Shown here: piece after piece, positions 57,911 through 64,000 of the stretch | How the letters are laid out: each line of letters begins with the position of its first letter | Numbering within the stretch: position 1 is the first letter of the stretch | NCBI GenBank assembly: GCA_025928265.1 | Contig: JAICJV010000006.1 | Location: forward strand, 7,694-71,693 | Direction: 5' to 3' | DNA length: 64,000 nucleotides | Source of the DNA: Thermoleophilaceae bacterium | GTDB taxonomy: Bacteria; Actinomycetota; Thermoleophilia; Solirubrobacterales; Thermoleophilaceae | Made by a program: the position numbers and the translations under genes | The notes under the pieces: generated by a model | Databases searched by the model: none | What the model saw: only the letters and a program-made list of their open reading frames with translations | Told to the model about the DNA's origin: nothing

Positions 57911-59226
57911 GCCACCAGCCTCACCTTCAGCTGGACGCCGCCGAGCGCATCGCCCGCCCCACCGAGCAGCCCGACGATCCTCGCCACGTAGGCCTGCGTC
58001 TCGGGATACGGCGGAACGCAGCCGCAGCCGGCAACCGCTCCCGGCCCCGCGTTGTACGCGGCGAGCGCGAGCGGCACGCTCGCGAAGCGCGCGAGCAGGT
58101 CGTGCATGAGGTGCGCCTGCCCGTCGATCGCGTCCTCGGCGTCGAACGGGTTGTCGACGCCGTACGCCGCCGCGGTGCCCGGCATGAACTGCGCGATCCC
58201 CCGGGCGCCCGCGCCCGACTGGGCGAACGGATTGAACCCGGACTCGGCATAGAGCTGAGCCGCGAGCAGCTGCGCCGACACCTGCCAGCGCTGCGCCGCG
58301 CGGGCGATCACCGGTGCGTAGCGCGGCGGGACGAACGCCTGCACCGCTGCCGTCGCGCGGCCGTCGCCGCCGCGGACGCCGAAGCCGACCGACGCGGTTC
58401 CCGGGTTGCGCGAAAACCCGTAATGCCAAGGCTCCCATTCGTACCTCTGCACGAAGCCGAAGCGGCCCGCGTTCGCGGCGAGCCACGAGTAGGCAGCATC
58501 CGGCCCGAGGTCGAGCTCGGTGCCCAGCCGGTGCAGCGACTTGCCGGGCGGCGCGACCCAGCGCGGGTCGGGATGCGCCGCGAACAGACGCGCCTGCTCC
58601 GCGTCGCTGCGGAAGCCGCTGTTCACGATCAGCGCGATCCCGTCGGCGGCCGCCGCGCGCTCCATCCGGTCGAACGCCTGCGCGACATCCGGACGCATCG
58701 GCCTGCCCTGCCGGTATGCGAGCGGACCGCTGTAGCCGCCGCCCGACGCGACCCCCGCCACCGTCCCGGCACCCGCGCTCAGCTCCGCGGTCGCGTGCGC
58801 GCGAACCGGCACCGAACGCTGCGACTCCTGCGAGACCTGCACGTCCGCGTCGTCGCGCACCGAGACCGAGACCCGCGTGGGCCCGAACGATCCGGTCGAT
58901 GGAAACGAGACGTCACGCGGTGCGACGCGCACGCCGTTGGCTGCGCCTCCACGCACCGCCGCGTCCCGCGCCGACTGCTCGTACGCCGCGCGCGGCAGGT
59001 GCCGCGGGTTCGGGACGCCGGGCCGCAGGTACGCCGGCTCGAACAGCCGCGGGTACTGGCGCTGCATCACCTGCGCCGCGGCGATCGCCGCGAGGTCAGC
59101 CCCGCGCTGCGCGTGGCTGCGCGCGCCGTAGGCCTGTCCGAAGGCGGCGAGGATCAACCCGCCGGCCACGACCGCACCGACCACGCCGAGCAGCAGAAGA
59201 ACCGCCTGTCCGCGCTCGTCAGCCAT
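57907..59226 (-). CDS. TadE/G-like (pseudopilin-type) N-terminus fused to M15B (VanY-like) peptidase and SLT lytic transglycosylase domains
   Basis: The N-terminus is ERGQAVLLLLGVVGAVVAGGLILAAF...RGADLAAIAAAQ. The M15 motifs are NSGFRSDAEQ, SLHRLGTELD and EPWHY. The SLT motifs are AESGFNP...GARGIAQFMPGTA and AYNAGPG. Confidence 0.75.
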   Translation of the reverse strand: MADERGQAVLLLLGVVGAVVAGGLILAAFGQAYGARSHAQRGADLAAIAAAQVMQRQYPRLFEPAYLRPGVPNPRHLPRAAYEQSARDAAVRGGAANGVRVAPRDVSFPSTGSFGPTRVSVSVRDDADVQVSQESQRSVPVRAHATAELSAGAGTVAGVASGGGYSGPLAYRQGRPMRPDVAQAFDRMERAAAADGIALIVNSGFRSDAEQARLFAAHPDPRWVAPPGKSLHRLGTELDLGPDAAYSWLAANAGRFGFVQRYEWEPWHYGFSRNPGTASVGFGVRGGDGRATAAVQAFVPPRYAPVIARAAQRWQVSAQLLAAQLYAESGFNPFAQSGAGARGIAQFMPGTAAAYGVDNPFDAEDAIDGQAHLMHDLLARFASVPLALAAYNAGPGAVAGCGCVPPYPETQAYVARIVGLLGGAGDALGGVQLKVRLVA

Positions 59227-59896
59227 GGACGGCCAGCCCCTCACATGCATCCGCGAGCAGCGCAGCGGCGGCGGCCACCGCACCGATCGGGTCGCGCCCC
59301 GCCAGCGCGAGCCGCGCACCCACGCGCCCCTCTCCGACGCTCACGTCCGGCAGGTCGCCCCAGCGTTCCGCGTCGACCGCGCGGTTGAGCACGAGCATCG
59401 GCGGCAGGCCGTCGCGCGCGAGCGCCTCGCCGGCGACCTGCGCGAGTGCGGGCTCGACATCCGGCGACGCGACGAGCAGCGCGCGGTCCGCGACCGCGAG
59501 CGCGGCCTCCGGCGGCGTCCCGTGCGAGACGTCGAACACAACCGGCACCTCACGCGCAGACGCGACGCATCGAACCACGGAATCGTCGGCAACAAGAACC
59601 AGACGGCCGGCCGGCCGCACCTCTTCGCCAAACGCACGCGCGAGCCGCCGCGCCGCGCCCACCGCGAGCGCCGCGCTCGGCAAGGTCGCGCACGAGACGA
59701 CCGCGCTCGCCGACGCGTGACGGCGCGCCAGCTCGACCCCCACCGCTCGCGCAATTGTCGTCGCGCCGCAGCCGCGCCCGAGCCCGACGACCGTCACAAC
59801 CGGAGCCGGCGGCGCCGCACGCTCCGCCCGCGCGGGCGCCGGCTCCAGGAGCCAGCGCTCCGCCCGCGCGGCGACAACTCCGAGCACGCTCGTCAT
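59219..59896 (-). CDS. CpaE/Ssd(TadZ)-like ParA/MinD-fold protein with degenerate Walker A
   Basis: VVTVVGLGRGCGATTIARAVG sits at the Walker A position with no lysine. It is 225 aa. The ATG overlaps the upstream stop (ATGA). Confidence 0.5.
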   Translation of the reverse strand: MTSVLGVVAARAERWLLEPAPARAERAAPPAPVVTVVGLGRGCGATTIARAVGVELARRHASASAVVSCATLPSAALAVGAARRLARAFGEEVRPAGRLVLVADDSVVRCVASAREVPVVFDVSHGTPPEAALAVADRALLVASPDVEPALAQVAGEALARDGLPPMLVLNRAVDAERWGDLPDVSVGEGRVGARLALAGRDPIGAVAAAAALLADACEGLAVHG

Positions 59897-60222
59897 GGCT
59901 TCTCCACCTCGGCCGAGGCGTGCACCTCGAGTGTGCGCCGCACGACCGTGAGCGGCGACGGCGGCCGCAGCCGCACCGAGACATGTCCGGGCAACGAGGT
60001 CACGCGCATGCCCGCGCGCGACCAGCCCGGCACCGCCGCGCGCGCGGCACCGCGAGCATCGCCCCCGCCGGCCGCGGCCAGGGCGCCCGCCTCTGCCGCC
60101 GACCCCGCAAGCGCAGCCGAATATCCGAGCGCAAGCAGCTGCAACACCACAGCGCCCACGAGCAGCACCGCCGGGAGCGCTCCCAGCAACTCCAGCGACG
60201 CCTGGCCACGCTCAGGCGCCAT
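59893..60222 (-). CDS. TadE-like pseudopilin-type protein
   Basis: MAPERGQASLELLGALPAVLLVGAVVLQLLALGY has a short charged leader, the ERGQAS.ELLG motif and a hydrophobic helix. It is 109 aa. Confidence 0.65.
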   Translation of the reverse strand: MAPERGQASLELLGALPAVLLVGAVVLQLLALGYSAALAGSAAEAGALAAAGGGDARGAARAAVPGWSRAGMRVTSLPGHVSVRLRPPSPLTVVRRTLEVHASAEVEKP

Positions 60223-60547
60223 CGCCGAGCCTCGCAGTCGCGCCGATCCGCACCGGTCCCTGCCACCGCCGCACCAGCAGCGGAACCCGCAGCCGCACAC
60301 GCACCGCGCCGTCGTCGCCCGACTCCACGGTCATCCCGCGCCGCAACGACTGCGGCAGCGCGCTACGCGCAGCCGCGCGGGCGTCGCGCCCTACGACAGC
60401 CGCACGCGCCCCCGCGCGCGCGGCATTGGCGCACAGCCAAGCGGTGTGCCCCGCCAGCGCAAGCTCCCACACGAGCGCGGCCGCGAGCAGCACCGCAGGG
60501 AGCGTCCCGAGGAGCTCCACCGATGCCTGTCCGCGCTCGCGTTCCAT
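60212..60547 (-). CDS. TadE-like pseudopilin-type protein
   Basis: MERERGQASVELLGTLPAVLLAAALVWELALAGH has the same N-terminal motif as the next gene. It is 111 aa. Confidence 0.65.
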   Translation of the reverse strand: MERERGQASVELLGTLPAVLLAAALVWELALAGHTAWLCANAARAGARAAVVGRDARAAARSALPQSLRRGMTVESGDDGAVRVRLRVPLLVRRWQGPVRIGATARLGDGA

Positions 60548-60572
60548 GACCCGGCACGATCCCGGCGGGCGC

Positions 60573-60631
60573 GTAACGGCTCAACGCGCGAGTGTGAAAA
60601 GGCTGCGACGAAACTGCGACAAAGCCGTTAC
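60573..60631 (-). promoter_or_regulatory. Candidate regulatory region upstream of the tadE-like operon
   Basis: A 9-bp inverted repeat GTAACGGCT ... AGCCGTTAC flanks two CTGCGAC direct repeats spaced 11 bp apart (60603-60609 and 60614-60620). Confidence 0.25.
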
Positions 60632-60686
60632 AGAACGACGACGGGCCGGGCGCCCCGCGCACCCGGCCCACCAGCAGCCCGCAGAA

Positions 60687-60719
60687 GGCAGCCCGCGGAG
60701 GTCGTCACGGCGGGCTGCC
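60687..60719 (-). terminator. Stem-loop terminator candidate downstream of CDS 60749..61597
   Basis: The minus strand reads GGCAGCCCGC-cgtgacgacctcc-GCGGGCTGCC followed by TTCTG. It is a 10-bp perfect GC-rich stem about 30 nt after the stop, with a weak U-tract. Confidence 0.5.
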
Positions 60720-60748
60720 GGCTGCGGACTGCCCCCTGATGCCCGCCT

Positions 60749-61597
60749 CTACGCGCTCGGGTCGTTCGGGTCAGGCGACGTGTCGACGCACGACATCCCC
60801 ACGCGGTACGTGTCGCCCGCGGTGACGGCGACGCTGGTGTTGAGCGTCGTCGTGATGTCGGCGTCCGCACCGGACGTCTTCAGTCCGAACGGGAACCCGG
60901 CATTCGCCCCGTCCGTGCTGGTCATCGGCGACTTGTCGTTGACCGGCTGGAACGGAACGCCCCCGAGCGCTCCGTTCGCGGCGGTCTGGCCGAGATCGTC
61001 CCCCTCGTTCATGACCCAGACGCGGCACATCGCCGCCGGGTTCGCAGCGCCGGTGCCGTCGCTCTCGCCGCTGCGCACGCCGTACGCCACGCTCAGCGTC
61101 CCCGTGTTCTGAGCGACGAACTGCTGCGACGTCTGGGCCTGCTGGACCGTGTCGGGAATGTCCGGCGTCACGACGAACGAGCCGCCTTCCGCATTGACCG
61201 TGGGACCGGCCGAGATCACGAGCACCTGGCCGAAGCCGTACTCCTGTGAGGTCGCGAGCGTCTTCAGGCTGTTCAGCCCCGCGCCCGCCTGCGTCAGCCC
61301 GTCCTTGAGCTGCGTCAGCCCGTCCTTCAACTGCGTCAGTCCGCTCACGATCGCGGGCGCTGCGTCCTCGATCGTCTTGATCCGCCCGTCGAGCCCCTTC
61401 GACCCGTTTGCCAGCGTCCCGGCGAGTGCCGTCAGCGCGTTCGAGACCTTCTTGATCGACTTGGCCTGGCGAGCCAGGCGCTTGTTCTGGCTCTTGTCGG
61501 TGCGCGTCGCCGCGGACGACACGGCAGGCATTGCGCACATCGCCAGCGCCGCGAGCAGGGCAGCGCAGAGCGCCACCACGTACGGCCTTCTCCTCAT
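60749..61597 (-). CDS. Exported protein with N-terminal coiled-coil/heptad region and globular C-terminal domain, unknown function
   Basis: A strong RBS (GGGGGAGGA) precedes ATG 61597. It has the signal peptide MRRRPYVVALCAALLAALAMCAMPAVSSA and the repeat GLTQLKDGLTQLKDGLTQ. Confidence 0.65.
   Translation of the reverse strand: MRRRPYVVALCAALLAALAMCAMPAVSSAATRTDKSQNKRLARQAKSIKKVSNALTALAGTLANGSKGLDGRIKTIEDAAPAIVSGLTQLKDGLTQLKDGLTQAGAGLNSLKTLATSQEYGFGQVLVISAGPTVNAEGGSFVVTPDIPDTVQQAQTSQQFVAQNTGTLSVAYGVRSGESDGTGAANPAAMCRVWVMNEGDDLGQTAANGALGGVPFQPVNDKSPMTSTDGANAGFPFGLKTSGADADITTTLNTSVAVTAGDTYRVGMSCVDTSPDPNDPSA
61289..61345 (-). repeat. In-frame 21-bp tandem repeat (2.7 copies) encoding (GLTQLKD)n
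   Basis: The plus strand reads ctgcgtcagcccgtccttgag / ctgcgtcagcccgtccttcaa / ctgcgtcagtccgct. Confidence 0.8.
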
Positions 61598-61812
61598 TGG
61601 GTCCTCCCCCAGGGTACGGCTGTTTGAGGGCATGCCGAAGCCAACCCCCTCGGCGCCTTCCCACAAAGAGCCCGTCGCCGTAACCGGACCAGCAGTGACG
61701 GCGACCTAAGGACTCTCTCGGAAGCCGTATGCGCGTGTCAAGCGCCCCGAATCGGGAACTCCCAGAGTCCCCTTAGCCTTTCCCTAATGAACGCTGCTTC
61801 CATGCTCCGCCA

Positions 61813-63042
61813 ATGACGCGTCCACGTCACATCTGGTCGGGCGATTGGCGCACCGACTCAGAGAGGGCACGCGAGGCAGCCGAGAACGCCGAGCGACTCA
61901 AACAAGAGAGCCGCGCGAACGCGGCCGCAAGCTCGGAAGCCGCGCCCCCCGCGCCGATCGACTACGACCCCGACGCCGACCCGCGGCCCGGCGGCTGGCA
62001 GCCCCGGCGCGGCGCGATCGCCCTCACCGTCCTGTCGGTGCTCGGCCTCATCGCCGGCGCGTTCGCCATCGGCACGCTCACCGGCGGCGACAACAACGAC
62101 ACGGCCGCCCTCCCCGCAGTCGCCAACTCGCCGATCAAGCCGAAGCAGGGCCAGACGCAGGCGAGCGCGATCTACGCCGCCGCGAGTCCCGCCGTCGTCT
62201 CCATCCGCACGAACAGCGGCTCCGGCACCGGCTTTCTGATCGACACGAACGGGACCCTCGTCACGAACGCGCACGTGGCGGGCGGCGCGCACGACGTCGC
62301 TGTCCGCTTCGGCCAGAACGGCACGTCGCTCGACGGCAAGGTCAAGGGCACCGACCCGAGCGTGGACCTCGCCGTGGTCGATATCCCGCCCTCGGACATC
62401 CCGAAGGGCGTGAAGCCGCTCCAGCTTGCAGACTCACGCACCGTGCAGGTGGGCGACGTGGCCATCGCCATCGGCAACCCGTTCGGGCTCGACCGCACCG
62501 CCACCGAGGGGATCGTGTCGGCGACCAATCGCCAGATCCAGTCGCCCAACGGCTTCCAGATCGACTCGGTCATCCAGACCGACGCGCCGATCAACCCGGG
62601 CAACTCCGGCGGCCCGCTGCTCGACGACTCGGGCCACGTGATGGGCGTGAACTCGCAGATCGCCACGGCGGGGTCGAGCGGCAACGTGGGCGTCGGGTTC
62701 GCGGTGCCGTCGAACACGGTCCGCCAGGTGGTGCCCGTGCTCGAGCGCGGCGAGAGGCCCAAGCACGCGTACCTGGGCGTCGAGACCTCCGCGCCGACGT
62801 CGTCGACACAGGGCGCCGAGGTGCAGAACGTGGTTCCGGGCGGCCCCGCCGAGAAGGCCAACGTGCGCAGCGGCGACGTGATCACGAAGATCGACGGGCA
62901 GCCCGTCCAGAGCCCGAGCGACGTGTCCGCGGCCGTGAACCAGAAGCAGCCCGGTGACCAGATCACCATCACCGTCGAGCGCAACGGGCTCACCGAGGAG
63001 CTGACGGCGAAGCTGGGCACGCGGCCCGGCCGTTCGCCGTGA
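61813..63042 (+). CDS. HtrA/DegP-family (S1C) serine protease with PDZ domain, membrane-anchored
   Basis: It has a TM anchor, catalytic-triad contexts TNAHV and GNSGGPL, and a C-terminal PDZ domain (GAEVQNVVPGGPAEKANVRSGDVITKIDG). Confidence 0.9.
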   Translation: MTRPRHIWSGDWRTDSERAREAAENAERLKQESRANAAASSEAAPPAPIDYDPDADPRPGGWQPRRGAIALTVLSVLGLIAGAFAIGTLTGGDNNDTAALPAVANSPIKPKQGQTQASAIYAAASPAVVSIRTNSGSGTGFLIDTNGTLVTNAHVAGGAHDVAVRFGQNGTSLDGKVKGTDPSVDLAVVDIPPSDIPKGVKPLQLADSRTVQVGDVAIAIGNPFGLDRTATEGIVSATNRQIQSPNGFQIDSVIQTDAPINPGNSGGPLLDDSGHVMGVNSQIATAGSSGNVGVGFAVPSNTVRQVVPVLERGERPKHAYLGVETSAPTSSTQGAEVQNVVPGGPAEKANVRSGDVITKIDGQPVQSPSDVSAAVNQKQPGDQITITVERNGLTEELTAKLGTRPGRSP

Positions 63043-63998
63043 GCTTCGGCGCACCACTCGTACTGCTGGCGCTGCTCGCGCTGCCCATCCTCGCGCTCTG
63101 GTACCTGCGCCAGCAGGGGCGGCGGCGTGCTCAGGCTGCCGCGTTCGCGCGCCCGCACCTGCAGCGCAATGTCGCGCCGCGGCGACCGGGCTGGCGCCGC
63201 CACGCCCCCTACATCGCGATGGCGCTGGCACTCGCGGTGCTGATCGTGGCCGGGGCACGCCCGCAGACGACGCGGGCGGTGGAGGTCGAGCGCGCCTCGA
63301 TCATGCTCGTGACCGACAACTCGGGGTCGATGGAGGCCACCGACGTGGCACCGAGCCGGCTGACCGCGGCGAAGCAGGCGGCGCAGCGCTTCGTGGCGAA
63401 GGTGCCGTCGCGGCTGAACATCGGCGTGCTCGCGTTCAACCAGACGCCGCGCGTGCTCCAGAGCCCGACGACCGACCGCTTCGACGTGACCTCGGCGATC
63501 GAGCGGATGACGCCGAGCGGCGGCACCGCGACCGGCGAGGCGATCGCCACGTCGCTGAACGTGCTCAAGCACGTGCCGGGAGAGCTCGGCCGCCGTCCGC
63601 CGAGCGCGATCGTGCTGCTCTCCGACGGCAAGTCCACGAGCGGGCGCGATCCCGTCGCCGCCGCGCGCGAGGCGCGTCGCCTGCACATCCCGATCTACAC
63701 CGTCGCGCTCGGCACGCCCAGCGGGAAGATCACCGTGCCGCGGCGCGGCGGCGGCACGCAGACGGTGCCGGTGCCGCCCGACCCGCAGTCGCTCGCCGCG
63801 ATCGCCCGCGCGTCCGGCGGGCGCGCCTTCACCGCGCAGACCGCCAGCGGGCTGAGCCAGGTCTACGAGAAGCTCGGCTCGCAGCTCGGCCATCGCGACG
63901 AGAAGCGCCAGATCACGTCCGCCGTCGCGGGCGGTGGCCTCGTGCTGCTGCTCGGCGCGGCGGCTCTGTCCCTCGGCTGGTTCGGCCGCCTCATCTGA
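63039..63998 (+). CDS. VWA-domain membrane protein (BatA-like)
   Basis: It has an N-terminal TM (PLVLLALLALPILALWYL), the MIDAS motif DNSGSM, and a C-terminal TM. The GTG start overlaps the HtrA stop (GTGA). Confidence 0.85.
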   Translation: MSFGAPLVLLALLALPILALWYLRQQGRRRAQAAAFARPHLQRNVAPRRPGWRRHAPYIAMALALAVLIVAGARPQTTRAVEVERASIMLVTDNSGSMEATDVAPSRLTAAKQAAQRFVAKVPSRLNIGVLAFNQTPRVLQSPTTDRFDVTSAIERMTPSGGTATGEAIATSLNVLKHVPGELGRRPPSAIVLLSDGKSTSGRDPVAAAREARRLHIPIYTVALGTPSGKITVPRRGGGTQTVPVPPDPQSLAAIARASGGRAFTAQTASGLSQVYEKLGSQLGHRDEKRQITSAVAGGGLVLLLGAAALSLGWFGRLI

Positions 63999-64000
63999 TT

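Noticed and set aside
61674-61705. A hairpin GTCGCCGT-n16-ACGGCGAC in the 215-bp gap upstream of htrA.
   Set aside because: It is a single 8-bp stem with a large loop. It has no second copy, no U-tract and no recognisable motif. It may be part of a 5' UTR, but there is nothing specific to claim.

Overview
This is a very GC-rich, gene-dense chromosomal window. Codon third positions are almost all G/C. The gene content fits an actinobacterium, possibly Thermoleophilia/Solirubrobacterales-like, but that is an inference only. All calls come from reading the supplied translations and the DNA. No database search was run, so family names rest on recognised motifs. I support about 55 protein-coding genes. 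They start with a housekeeping block, uvrC-rapZ-gap-pgk (pgk is truncated at the window edge). The rest is a mix of transporters, regulators (NarL-type two-component pair, PucR, ArsR-SRPBCC, LAL/LuxR, MarR, TetR), second-messenger enzymes (GGDEF+HD-GYP, class III cyclase, stand-alone cNMP-binding protein), redox enzymes and many exported proteins. I saw no rRNA, tRNA, CRISPR array, transposase or integrase. Many neighbouring genes share 1-4 nt start/stop overlaps (ATGA, GTGA, TTGA). Several convergent pairs overlap at their stop codons. The items most worth follow-up are listed here.
1. Two exactly abutting 50-bp structured units with four compensatory base-pair swaps (53345-53444).
2. A five-gene Tad-pseudopilin-like operon (56231-60547) with no secretion ATPase or platform genes. 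It contains a pseudopilin-type N-terminus fused to M15 and SLT peptidoglycan hydrolase domains.
3. An unannotated 48-aa ORF with classical C2H2-type zinc-finger spacing (30201-30347).
4. A ClpC-type unfoldase whose Clp_N domain is replaced by a ClpX-like C4 zinc ribbon.
5. A translationally coupled operon placing a Tat-exported amine oxidase between two exported beta-propeller-like proteins.
6. An isolated fliD gene with a sigma-28-like promoter abutting its start codon.
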